A stretch of DNA of 64,000 nt from an uncultured Enterobacteriaceae bacterium (GTDB lineage Bacteria; Pseudomonadota; Gammaproteobacteria; Burkholderiales; SG8-39): NCBI GenBank assembly GCA_964461055.1, contig CAYWSG010000004.1:32792-96791 (forward strand), given 5' to 3'. Of the stretch, positions 26,494 to 39,921 are shown in pieces. Under the pieces are notes generated by a model that ran no database searches, was not told where the DNA came from, and worked only from the letters and a program-made list of their open reading frames with translations. The translations under genes and the position numbers were made by a program. The first letter of the stretch is position 1, and each line of letters opens with the position of its first letter.

Positions 26494-26573
26494 GAAGGAA
26501 TTGGCCTGTCAACCGTGCGCGCGCCCGGCTCCTGCAGAAGGGCTGCGGCAGGCCCGGCTACCGCCAGGTCCGG

Positions 26574-26951
26574 CTACTGCAGATCCTCATGCAAGCAGAG
26601 GATGTTGCCCTCGGGATCCTGGAACCAGGCCGCCTTCTCCGAGCCGAGCACGCACACGTGCTCCACGGTCCTGAGCCCCGGCAGGTCGTAGTCGGCGAAC
26701 GCGACGCCGCGCGACTCCAGGTCGCGGATGGTCGCGGCGATGTCGTCGACCTTGAAGCTGAGCGCCGTGTGCTCGGCCTTCGTTCCTTCCGGCTTGGGAA
26801 AGAGGGCGATCTCCGCCCCGCCGCAGCGGTAGACGAACTTTCCGTCGGGCTTCGCGCCGAGCGCCTCGAGGCCGAGCTGGTCCTCGTAGAAGCGGCGCGC
26901 GCGCTCGAGGTCCTTGACGGGGAGCAGACAGGTGACTTGAGAGGTTCTCAT
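26574..26951 (-). CDS. VOC (glyoxalase/bleomycin-resistance) family protein
   Basis: ATG 26951 after SD GGAGG. 125 aa. LPVKDLERARRFYEDQLGL and FQDPEGN motifs. Confidence 0.8.
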   Translation of the reverse strand: MRTSQVTCLLPVKDLERARRFYEDQLGLEALGAKPDGKFVYRCGGAEIALFPKPEGTKAEHTALSFKVDDIAATIRDLESRGVAFADYDLPGLRTVEHVCVLGSEKAAWFQDPEGNILCLHEDLQ

Positions 26952-27059
26952 CCGGGCACCTCCATGTTGACGGCGCCTCCCTTGTACGCCCCGCGCCCCC
27001 GGAGCGCCATAGGCAGAAATGCGTACGCCCCGCGCGCCTGGTGTGCGAAACTTGCGCGC

Positions 27060-27455
27060 ATGAAAAAGGCTCTCTGCGGACTCTGCCTGGCGCTCGCGCT
27101 CCTCGCCCCGGCGCTGCCCGTCGCGGCGCAGCAGGCGACAGAGGCCCAGACCGAAGTCCTGATGGAAGTCGCCCAGTGCCTCGCGGCAGGGCTCCCGGAC
27201 AACTGGGAGCAGGCCGAGATGCTGGTCGAGCTCGAGAAGCCGGGCGCCGAGAAGGGCAATGTCCGCTATCTCGTCCGGCGGCGTCTCTCGGGCGGCCAGT
27301 TCGAGCCGTTCCGGCCCTGCGACGAGCGCAAGGCCGCGCACGCCCTCGTCACCGAGTTCCGCGCCCTCCAGGCGCCGGATCGCCGCGGCTGGAGGGGCGC
27401 CCGCTTCGTCGTCCACCGCGACGGCAACTTCAACATCACCTTCGACTACCCGTAA
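27060..27455 (+). CDS. Hypothetical secreted protein
   Basis: ATG 27060. Signal peptide MKKALCGLCLALALLAPALPVAAQQ. No recognisable domain. Confidence 0.55.
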   Translation: MKKALCGLCLALALLAPALPVAAQQATEAQTEVLMEVAQCLAAGLPDNWEQAEMLVELEKPGAEKGNVRYLVRRRLSGGQFEPFRPCDERKAAHALVTEFRALQAPDRRGWRGARFVVHRDGNFNITFDYP

Positions 27456-27470
27456 CGGCACGCAGCGGCG

Positions 27471-27878
27471 CTAGGCGTCGCGCGAGGGGATCCTGTAGAG
27501 CCATATCGCCAGCACGACGCCGAAGAGCGCGAGCGCGACCTTTGCCGCCGGATAGGGGACGAAGAAGATGATCGAGATGGCGAGGCTCACGGCCATGAGC
27601 CCGATCGCCCAGTACTTGGTGCGGCGCGCGATGCTGCGATGCGCGCGCCACTCGCGCAGCGTCGGCCCGAACGTCTCGCTGTTCATGAGCAGGTTGTAGA
27701 ACCGGCGCGAGGCGCGCGCGAAGCACGCGGCGGCAAGGAGCATGAAGGGGGTCGCGGGAAGGACCGGCACGAAGATGCCCGCCACGCCGATCGCCGCGAA
27801 GACGAACCCCGCGAAGCCGAATGCGGCGCGGACGACCCCAAGCCGGTGCTCGCGGACCTCGTCCGAGTAGTCGTTCAA
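27471..27878 (-). CDS. DUF454 / YbaN-like inner-membrane protein
   Basis: TTG 27878 (TTGA overlap with the dehydratase stop). GIFVPVLPATPFMLLAAACFARAS.RF...L is typical of YbaN. Confidence 0.7.
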   Translation of the reverse strand: MNDYSDEVREHRLGVVRAAFGFAGFVFAAIGVAGIFVPVLPATPFMLLAAACFARASRRFYNLLMNSETFGPTLREWRAHRSIARRTKYWAIGLMAVSLAISIIFFVPYPAAKVALALFGVVLAIWLYRIPSRDA

Positions 27879-29584
27879 GCCTTGCGCAGAAAATCGAAGT
27901 CGCAGCCGTGCTCGGCCTGCAGCACGTGGTCCATGTAGAGCTTGGCGTACCCGCGGCCGGGCGCCACCGGCGGCTTCCAGGCGGCCTTGCGCCTGGCGAG
28001 CGTCGCTTCGTCGACGAGAAGGTCGATGCGCCGGTCCTTCACCGAAAGGCGGATGCGGTCGCCGCTCTGCACGAGCGCCAGGGGGCCGCCCACGGCCGCC
28101 TCCGGCGAGACGTGGAGCACGATGGTGCCGTACGCGGTGCCGCTCATGCGGGCATCCGAGATCCGCACCATGTCCTTGAGGCCCGCCCGGGCGAGCTTCT
28201 GGGGAATGGGCAGGTAGCCGGCCTCCGGCATCGCGTAGCCGGACTTCGGCCCGGCATTCTGCAGCACCATGAAGTCGTCGGGGCCCACGTCGAGATCCGG
28301 GTCGTCGACGCGCGCCGCGAGGTCGTCGAGCGACCGGAAAACGACCGCGCGGCCTTCCTTCTCGAAGAGCGACGGATCGGCCGCCGAGCGCTTGAGGATC
28401 GCGCCGTTGGGCGCGAGCGAGCCGAAGAGGGCGACGAGCCCGCCCTGCGGCGAGATCGGATCGGTCATCGGCCGCACGATCGCGCGGTCCACCCACGCGT
28501 CGGCCTCGTGCTCGAGCCGCTCGCCCAGCGTCTCGCCGGTGACCGTCATGCAGTCGAGATGCAGGAGCGGCTTGAGCTCCCGAAGCACCGCGCCGATGCC
28601 GCCGGCGGCGTACAGGTCCGACATGTAGTGCTGCCCGGTCGGCTTCAGGTCGACGAGCACCGGCGTCGAGTCCGAAATCGCGTTGAGGCGCGCGAGATCG
28701 ACCGCCACCCCCGCGCGCCCGGCGATGGCAGTCAGGTGAACGATCGCGTTCGTCGACCCGCCGATTGCGAGCAGCACCCTGAGGGCGTTCTCCACCGACT
28801 TTTCGCTGATGATCTGCGAAGGCTTCAGCTGGGACTTCGCCATCGAAACAGCGAGGCGACCGCTCGCTTCCGCCGCGCGCAGGCGGTCGGCGTGCACGGC
28901 GGGAATCGCCGCGGTGCCGGGCAGCGCCATGCCGAGCGCTTCCGCGATGGAAGCCATGGTCGACGCGGTCCCCATCACCGCGCAGGTACCGGCCGTAGTC
29001 GCGAGGTTCCCTTCGATGGTCTGGATCTCGGCGGAACTCACCTTTCCGGCACGATGCGCGGCCCAGAATCGCCGGCAATCGGTGCACGCGCCGAGACGCT
29101 CGCCCTGGAACGAGGTCGGCATCATGGGACCGGCGAGAAGCTGCACCGCGGGCAGGTCGGCCGAGACCGCGCCCATCAGCTGCGCGGGCACCGTCTTGTC
29201 GCAGCCGCCCACGAGCACGACCGCGTCCATCGGCTGCGCGCGGATCATCTCCTCGGTGTCCATCGCCATCAGGTTGCGGAACATCATCGAGGTCGGCGAC
29301 AGGAACACTTCGCCGAGGGAGACCGTGGGAAACTCGAGCGGCAGCCCGCCCGCCGCGATCACGCCGCGCTTGACCGCATCGATGAGCTCGGGGAAATGAC
29401 GGTGGCAGTTGTTGAAGCCGCTGCGCGAGTCCGCGATGCCGACCACCGGGCGCGAGAGCATCTCGCCGGAGTAGCCCATGCTCTTCGCGAACGAGCGGCG
29501 CAGGTAGAGCGAAAAGCCCGCGTCGCCGTAGTTGGTGAGGCCCCGTGCAAGGCCGTGCTTGGGTTGATCCGCCATACTTTCCAT
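27875..29584 (-). CDS. IlvD/Edd family dehydratase (dihydroxy-acid / sugar-acid dehydratase)
   Basis: 569 aa. GGCDKTVPA, TAGTCAVMGTA and LLAIGGSTN motifs. Confidence 0.9.
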   Translation of the reverse strand: MESMADQPKHGLARGLTNYGDAGFSLYLRRSFAKSMGYSGEMLSRPVVGIADSRSGFNNCHRHFPELIDAVKRGVIAAGGLPLEFPTVSLGEVFLSPTSMMFRNLMAMDTEEMIRAQPMDAVVLVGGCDKTVPAQLMGAVSADLPAVQLLAGPMMPTSFQGERLGACTDCRRFWAAHRAGKVSSAEIQTIEGNLATTAGTCAVMGTASTMASIAEALGMALPGTAAIPAVHADRLRAAEASGRLAVSMAKSQLKPSQIISEKSVENALRVLLAIGGSTNAIVHLTAIAGRAGVAVDLARLNAISDSTPVLVDLKPTGQHYMSDLYAAGGIGAVLRELKPLLHLDCMTVTGETLGERLEHEADAWVDRAIVRPMTDPISPQGGLVALFGSLAPNGAILKRSAADPSLFEKEGRAVVFRSLDDLAARVDDPDLDVGPDDFMVLQNAGPKSGYAMPEAGYLPIPQKLARAGLKDMVRISDARMSGTAYGTIVLHVSPEAAVGGPLALVQSGDRIRLSVKDRRIDLLVDEATLARRKAAWKPPVAPGRGYAKLYMDHVLQAEHGCDFDFLRKA

Positions 29585-29612
29585 TGTATGCGCCGGCGCG
29601 CGGGCCGGCGGC

Positions 29613-30284
29613 CTACCACTCGTACTTGTAGCCCACGCCGTAGAGCGAGTGGATGACCTCGCGGCCGGGCTGCACGGCCTCGATCTTGCGCCGGAGCTTC
29701 TTGATGTGGCTGTCCACGGTGCGGTCCGACACGACGCGCTCGTCGCGGTACATGGCGTCGATCAGCTGGTCGCGCGTGAAGATGCGCCCGGGCTGCGCGT
29801 GCAGGACCTTGAGGAGCTGGTACTCGATCGCCGTGAGCCCGAGGTCCCGGCCGCCGATGCTCGCCTTGAATCCGGCATCGTCGAGGACGAGCCCATCGTC
29901 CGGCGCCGCGCTGCCGCGCCGCGCGCGCCGCAGGACCGCCTTCACGCGCGCCACGACCTCGCGTGGGCTGAAGGGCTTGCAGATGTAGTCGTCGGCGCCG
30001 AGCTCGAGGCCGAGGAGCCGGTCCACCTCGTCGACGCGCGCCGTCACCATGATGATCGAGAGCTGCGGGGATGCGGCGCGCAGCGCCTTGCACACCTCGA
30101 GCCCGCTCTTGCCCGGGAGCATGAGGTCGAGCAGCACGAGATCCACGGGGCTGGCGCGGACGAAATCCTCCACCTCGTCGCCCCGGTGCAGGACCGACAC
30201 CGCATAGCCCTCCTGCGCGAGGTAGTCGCGCAGGAGCCCTGCGAGCTTTTCCTCGTCTTCGACGACGAGAACGTGTTCAGGCAT
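29613..30284 (-). CDS. OmpR-family response regulator
   Basis: Receiver domain (VLVVEDE...LDLMLPG...) plus winged-helix output domain (...YGVGYKYE). Confidence 0.9.
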   Translation of the reverse strand: MPEHVLVVEDEEKLAGLLRDYLAQEGYAVSVLHRGDEVEDFVRASPVDLVLLDLMLPGKSGLEVCKALRAASPQLSIIMVTARVDEVDRLLGLELGADDYICKPFSPREVVARVKAVLRRARRGSAAPDDGLVLDDAGFKASIGGRDLGLTAIEYQLLKVLHAQPGRIFTRDQLIDAMYRDERVVSDRTVDSHIKKLRRKIEAVQPGREVIHSLYGVGYKYEW

Positions 30285-31635
30285 GGGTCGGAATGGTCTC
30301 CGCCGGAAAGGACAGGACGAGCCGCAGGCCGCCCAGGGCGCTCGCGCTCGCCGTAAGCGTACCTCCGTGCGCGGTCACGATGGCGTGCGCGATGGCGAGG
30401 CCAAGGCCCGAGCCGCCGCCGGCGCGGCTGCGCGAGCCGTCCACGCGGAAGAGCCGCTCGGTCAGGCGGGCGAGGTCCTCCGCCGGCACGCCGGGGGCGC
30501 TGTCCTCCCAGAGGAGCCGCAGCCGAGCGCCGTCGCGCTCGAGGGTCACGGCGACGGCGCCCGGCGAATCGGTGTAGCGCAGGCTGTTCTGCAGGAAATT
30601 CACGAAGACCTGGGAGAGCCGGTCGGCGTCGCCCAGCATCATGGCCTTGTCGCCAAGCCGCAGGGAAAGCCTGAGGCCCCGGTCCTGCAGCGCGCCGCGA
30701 TGCGCGGCCACGACGTCCTCGACGACCTCCGCGAGGTCGATCGGCTCCTTGTGGTAGGTGAGCGCGCCGAGATCCGAGAGCGACAGGGTGTGCAGGTCCT
30801 CCACGAGGCGGGAAAGGCGCGCCGTCTCGCTCGCGAGCGAGCCGACCGCCTCGGCGGTGAGCGGACGGACCCCGTCCTGGAGGGCCTCGATCTCGCCCCT
30901 CAGGATGGCGAGCGGCGTGCGCAGTTCGTGCGCGATGTCGGCAATCCATTGCCGACGGGCGTGGCTCGCGGCGTCCAGCGTGCCGGCGAGCGTATTGAAG
31001 TCGGCAGCGAGGCGCGCGAGCTCGTCGTGCCCGGTCGGCTGAACGCGCACGGCGTAATTGCCCCGGATGAGGCTGTTCGTCGCCTCGGCGAGGCTGCGGA
31101 TGCGCCGCGAGAGCCAGTGCGCGAGCCCGGCGCCCAGGAGAAGCGCGGCGACGAGCATGCCCAGGGCGATCGCCGCGAAAGCGCCGTGCTGCCGGTTGAG
31201 GTAGAGCCGCTCGATCGGCTCGAGCGCCTCGGGGCGCGGCACGACGCCCAAGTAGCCCACCGTGCGGCCCTGCCAGTCGATCGGCTTGAGGACGGCGAGG
31301 CCGGCATCCTCCGCGCGCCCGATCAGCCGCCCGCCGGCGTCGTCGAAGAGCATGAGGCGGGGGTCGATCGTCACCGGCCGCACGTCCACCGTCTCGCGGA
31401 TGAGCCGGTACCACTCGCGCCGCTCCCCGGCGATCCAGTCCCAGCTGCCCTCGCGGCCGTAGCCCTCAGCGAGCGCGGCGATGAGCGGCTGCAGCCGCGC
31501 CTCGTCCGCCTCCCGCACGTACTGCTCGAAGCCCCGCGCGAAGCTCCAGCTGAACACGAGGTAGGCCGCGAGCGCGAGCGCCGCCGTGGCGCCGGCGATG
31601 AGAAGAAAGAGCTTGACGCGAAGCGAGACGCGCAT
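30277..31635 (-). CDS. Sensor histidine kinase (BaeS/CpxA-like: two TM segments, HAMP, HisKA, HATPase)
   Basis: H-box IADIAHELRTPL, N-box LQNSLRYT, G-boxes. Overlaps the response-regulator start by 8 nt. Confidence 0.9.
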   Translation of the reverse strand: MRVSLRVKLFLLIAGATAALALAAYLVFSWSFARGFEQYVREADEARLQPLIAALAEGYGREGSWDWIAGERREWYRLIRETVDVRPVTIDPRLMLFDDAGGRLIGRAEDAGLAVLKPIDWQGRTVGYLGVVPRPEALEPIERLYLNRQHGAFAAIALGMLVAALLLGAGLAHWLSRRIRSLAEATNSLIRGNYAVRVQPTGHDELARLAADFNTLAGTLDAASHARRQWIADIAHELRTPLAILRGEIEALQDGVRPLTAEAVGSLASETARLSRLVEDLHTLSLSDLGALTYHKEPIDLAEVVEDVVAAHRGALQDRGLRLSLRLGDKAMMLGDADRLSQVFVNFLQNSLRYTDSPGAVAVTLERDGARLRLLWEDSAPGVPAEDLARLTERLFRVDGSRSRAGGGSGLGLAIAHAIVTAHGGTLTASASALGGLRLVLSFPAETIPTHA

Positions 31636-31678
31636 GGCACGAGCCTACGCGGCGAATGCGGAAGAACTTCGCAAGCGA

Positions 31679-31697
31679 CTTCCACAATTCTTCCACA
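31679..31697. promoter_or_regulatory. Direct repeat CTTCCACA-n3-CTTCCACA (11-bp period); candidate OmpR-type response-regulator box
   Basis: Copies at 31679..31686 and 31690..31697, read directly, in the 95-bp divergent spacer between the kinase gene and macA. Confidence 0.35.
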
Positions 31698-31730
31698 GTG
31701 CTTGCGCCGTTGCCGGCAAGACTGGCGGCC

Positions 31731-32887
31731 ATGAAAAAAGCCCTCCTCGCCCTGCTGGTGGTGGCCGCCGCGAGCGGCACGGGATACGGCGCCTGGCTCG
31801 CGTGGGGGAAGCCTGCGCAAAGCGCCACCCCGCGGGCCACCGCCGTGGCGGAGCTCGGGGATCTCGAGGACACCGTCTCGGCCACCGGCACGTTGCAGCC
31901 GCGCGACTACGTTGACGTAGGCACCCAGGTATCGGGGCAGGTGAAGGCGCTGCACGTGGACATCGGCGACACCGTGACGAAGGGGCAGCTCCTCGCCGAG
32001 ATCGACCCGACGGTCTACCGCTCCCGCGTGGAGGCAAGCCGCGCGCAGCTCCTCAACCTCCAGGCGCAGCTTGTGCAGCGGGAAGCCCAGCTCAAGCTCG
32101 CCGAGCAGCGGGCGAAGCGCCAGGCCAACATGATGCGCGAGAACGCCACCACGCTCGAGGCCGTTCAGACCGCGCAGGCGGAGCTGCAGTCGGCGAAGGC
32201 GCAGGTGCAGCAGCTCCAGGCGCAGATCCAGCAGACGCGCTCCACGCTGCAAGGCGACGAGGCGAACCTGGAGTACACCAAGATTCATGCCCCGATGGCG
32301 GGCACCGTCGTCTCGCAAAGCGCCAAGGTGGGCCAGACGCTCAACGCCAACCAGTCGGCGCCCATCGTGCTTCGCATCGCCGATCTCAGCATCATGACGG
32401 TGCAGGCGCAGGTGTCCGAGGCCGACGTCTCGCGTCTTCGCATCGGCATGCCTGTCTACTTCACGACCCTGGGCGAGGGCTCGAAGCGCTGGCGCGGGAC
32501 GCTGCGGCAGATCCACCCGACCCCCGAGGTAGTGAACAACGTGGTGCTCTACAACGCGCTCTTCGACGTTCCGAACCCGGACGGCGCGCTGATGACGCAG
32601 ATGACCACGCAGGTCTTCTTCGTGGTGGACGAGGCGAAGGACGCCGTGCTCGTGCCCGTCGCCGCTTTCCAGCAAAGGCTGCGCGACGGCCAGGCGACCG
32701 TGCAGGTCGTGAGGCCGGACGGAAAGACCGAACTGCGCACCGTGGTGGTCGGCGCGACCAACCGCGTCATGGCCCAGATCGTCTCGGGCCTGCAGCCGGG
32801 CGAGCGGGTCGTCACGACCGAGCGCGCGCGCCCGGGCGCCCGCGACGCCTCGGCGGCGCGTCCGCCCCGCATGATGGGACCGCGCCT

Positions 32888-32891
<4 letters not shown>
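31731..32891 (+). CDS. macA: MacA-like periplasmic adaptor (membrane fusion protein)
   Basis: ATG 31731 gives the signal/anchor [16 protein letters not shown]. Coiled-coil hairpin (QAQL...QLQAQ) and beta-barrel domains. GTGA overlap with macB. Confidence 0.85.
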
Positions 32892-34807
<1,916 letters not shown>

Positions 34808-34811
34808 ACCC

Positions 34812-36200
34812 ATGAAAAAGCTTCTCGTCATCGTCCTGTCAGCTTCCATCGCCGGCTGCGCGACGACCTCGCCGGTGCTGCAGCCGCAGCTCGCCGCGCC
34901 GGCGGCCTGGAACGAGGCGCCGGCGCGGGGGGCCGCCGCGCTGAGCGCCGACTGGTGGACGGCATTCGGCTCGGCAGAGCTGCACGCTCTGGTGGAACAG
35001 GCGCTTGCGGGGAGCCCGGACCTCGCCATCGCAGCCGAGCGCGTGCGGCAGGCGGAATCGCAGGTGCGCGCCGCGGGCGCGTCGCTCTTCCCCTCCGTGG
35101 ACCTCGGCGCGAGCAGCTCCGCGCGGCGCACCCGGCACGAAGACACCGGCCGCTTCGATTCCGAGTCCTCGGGCACCACGCTGAGCGCGAGCTATGAGCT
35201 CGATCTCTGGGGCGCCAATCGCGCCGGGGTGCGGGGGGCCGAGGCGTCGCTGCAGGCCACGACGTTCGATCGCGACGCGGTTCAGCTCACGCTGGTGGCC
35301 GCGGTGGCGAGCGCCTACTTCGAAGTGCTGTCCCTGCGCGGCCGCATCGCCGTGGCCCGGGAGAACCTCGGCCTCGCGGAGCGGGTGCTGTCGCTCGTGC
35401 AGGTGCGGGCCCGCGAAGGCGCCGTCTCGCCCCTCGACCTCGCGCGACAGGAGGCGGCGGTGCTCTCGCAGCGCGCCGCCGTCGTCTCCCTCGAGCAGCA
35501 GGAGCGGCAGGTCCTGACGGCGCTCGCCGTGCTCACGGGCCGCCTGCCCGAGGGCTTCCAGGTCGAGGCGCAGGGGCTCTCGGATCTCGCCGTGCCCGCC
35601 ATCGCGCCCGGGCTGCCGGCCGATCTTCTGGTGCGCCGTCCCGACCTCGCCTCGGCGGAGGCACAGCTCGTGGCGGCGAACGCCGACCTCGCCGCCGCGC
35701 GCGCGGCGCTCCTGCCCTCCATCCAGCTCACCGGCTCGGCTGGCGTGGCGAGCGGCGCGCTCCTCAACTTCCTCGGCGGCCCGACGACCACCGTGGCGCT
35801 CGCCGCCTCGGTGCTGCAGCCCATCTTCGACGGCGGGCGCCGGCGCGCCGGCGTGGCGATCGCCGAGTCGCGCGAGCGCGAGCTCGTGGAGCGCTACCGC
35901 GCCGCGATCCTCGCCGCCTTCGGCGACGTGGAGACGGCGCTCGCCGCAGCGAGCCGCCTGCGCGAGCGCGAGGCGCTGCAGGTCCAGGTCGAGGCCCGCG
36001 CGCGTGAGGCGCTGCGCTTGGCCGAGGTGCGCTACCGCGAGGGCGCCGACGATCTCCTCTCGGTGCTCGACGCGCAGCGCACGCTGTTCGACGCCCAGCA
36101 GCAGCTCGCGCTCGTGCGCCTGGACCGCCTCGACGCCGCGGTGTCGCTCTTCAAGGCGCTGGGCGGCGGCTGGCAGGCGCGCACCGACCTCGCCGCCCGG

Positions 36201-36215
<15 letters not shown>
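34812..36215 (+). CDS. NodT-family outer-membrane efflux lipoprotein
   Basis: Lipobox LSASIAGC, followed by tandem OEP repeats. Confidence 0.9.
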
Positions 36216-38154
<1,939 letters not shown>

Positions 38155-38155
38155 C

Positions 38156-38605
38156 GTGGCGGGGGTCTACGGCCGGCTGCTGAAGGTCCTCGCCGCCTGC
38201 GCGGCCATCCTGCTCGGCGTCACGGCGCTCGCCGTGACGCTCGACGTGGTGGCGAGGAACGTAGGCCTCGGCTCCCTGCCGTGGATCCTGGAAGTCTCCG
38301 AGTACGTCCTGCCGCTCGCCACCTTCCTCGCGGCGCCCTGGCTTCTCTATCGCAATGAGCACATCCGGCTGGACGTCCTCCTCGGCAGCCTGCCCTGGCT
38401 GCGGTACGTCGTCGACCTCGTCGGCCTCGCGGTCTGCGGCGTGCTCGTGGTCTATGGCGTGCGCACGATCCAGAATTCGCTCGCGCAGGGCTCCATGGTC
38501 TTCAAGAGCGTGGTCTTCCCGGAGTGGTGGCTCTTCGTCCCCGTGCCCATCTGCTTCGGGCTGCTCGCCATCGAGTTCGTGCGCCGGCTGGCGACGCGCG
38601 CATGA
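38156..38605 (+). CDS. dctQ: TRAP transporter small permease (DctQ family)
   Basis: 149 aa with four hydrophobic helices. Positioned between the dctP and dctM genes. Confidence 0.85.
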   Translation: MAGVYGRLLKVLAACAAILLGVTALAVTLDVVARNVGLGSLPWILEVSEYVLPLATFLAAPWLLYRNEHIRLDVLLGSLPWLRYVVDLVGLAVCGVLVVYGVRTIQNSLAQGSMVFKSVVFPEWWLFVPVPICFGLLAIEFVRRLATRA

Positions 38606-39918
38606 CCTGGTGGGTTGCGGCGTGTCTGCTGTTCGGTGCGCTGACGGTCCTCTTCGCCGCCGCGGTACCCGCGGCGTTCGCCTTCCTCGGCATCAACATC
38701 GCCGGCGCATGGTTCTGGCTGGGCAAGGACGTGGGCCTCATCCAGCTCGTGCGAAACGGCGTCGCCTCGATCTCCTCGTTCTCGCTCATCCCGATCCCGT
38801 TCTTCGTGCTGATGGGCGAGGTGCTGTTCCACACGGGCGTGGCGCTCAAGGCGATCGACGCGATCGACCGGCTGATCTGGCGGGTGCCGGGGCGCCTCGC
38901 GGTGGTCGCGGTCGTGGCCGGCACCATCTTTTCGGCCATCTCGGGCTCGACCATCGCCACCACCGCGCTCCTCGGCAGCGTGCTGCTGCCCCAGATGCTG
39001 AAGCGCGGCTATCACCCGCGGATGGCGATGGGCCCCATCATGGCGGTGGGCGGCGTCGACATGCTGATTCCCCCCTCGGCGCTCGCGGTGCTGCTCGGCA
39101 GCCTCGCGCAGATCTCGATCGCCGAGCTGCTCATTGCCGGCATCGTGCCGGGCGCCCTGCTTTCCGTGCTCTTCGTGGGCTGGATCGTCCTTCGCGCCAC
39201 CATGAATCCCGCCCTCACGCCGCCGTTCGAGCACGAGCGCGTGCGGGCCTGGGAGCGCTGGAAGCCGCTCCTTGTCTACGTCCTGCCGCTGGTGCTCATC
39301 TTCGTGGTCGTGGTCGCCGCAATGGCGGCGGGGTGGGCGACGCCCACCGAGGCGGCGGCCGTCGGCGCGGTCGCGACGGTGGCCGTCGCCTGGATCTATC
39401 GCGCGCTGACGTGGTCGAATCTGATGCAGGCACTGATGGGAACGGCAGCCATTTCCGGGGCGATCCTCTTCATCATCCTCGGCGCGACCACCTTCGCGCA
39501 GATCCTGACATTCTCGGGCGCGACGAACGGGCTGGTGAGCGCGATCCAGCAGGCGGACCTCGGCCGCTGGATGGTGCTCGCCGCGATGATGGTGATCCTG
39601 CTCACGCTCGGCTGCTTCGTCGACCAGGTGAGCATGATGCTGATCGCCCTGCCGTTCTTCATGCCGCTCGTCGCCGCCTACGGCTTCGACCCGGTCTGGT
39701 TCGGGGTGCTGTTCCTGTTCTGCATGCAGCTCGGCCTCCTTACCCCGCCGTTCGGCATGCTGCTTTTCACGATGAAGAGCGTGGCGCCGAAGGACATCGC
39801 GATGCAGCAGATCTGGATCGCGGCGACGCCCTATGTGGTGATGGGCCTGCTCGGGCTCCTCGCCGTCATCCTTTTCCCGGGGCTTGCGACGTGGCTGCCC
39901 ACGGTGCTGATCAGGTAA
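38602..39918 (+). CDS. dctM: TRAP transporter large permease (DctM family)
   Basis: ATG 38602 (ATGA overlap). 438 aa. SGST.AT and multi-helix DctM pattern. Confidence 0.9.
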   Translation: MTWWVAACLLFGALTVLFAAAVPAAFAFLGINIAGAWFWLGKDVGLIQLVRNGVASISSFSLIPIPFFVLMGEVLFHTGVALKAIDAIDRLIWRVPGRLAVVAVVAGTIFSAISGSTIATTALLGSVLLPQMLKRGYHPRMAMGPIMAVGGVDMLIPPSALAVLLGSLAQISIAELLIAGIVPGALLSVLFVGWIVLRATMNPALTPPFEHERVRAWERWKPLLVYVLPLVLIFVVVVAAMAAGWATPTEAAAVGAVATVAVAWIYRALTWSNLMQALMGTAAISGAILFIILGATTFAQILTFSGATNGLVSAIQQADLGRWMVLAAMMVILLTLGCFVDQVSMMLIALPFFMPLVAAYGFDPVWFGVLFLFCMQLGLLTPPFGMLLFTMKSVAPKDIAMQQIWIAATPYVVMGLLGLLAVILFPGLATWLPTVLIR

Positions 39919-39921
39919 GGC

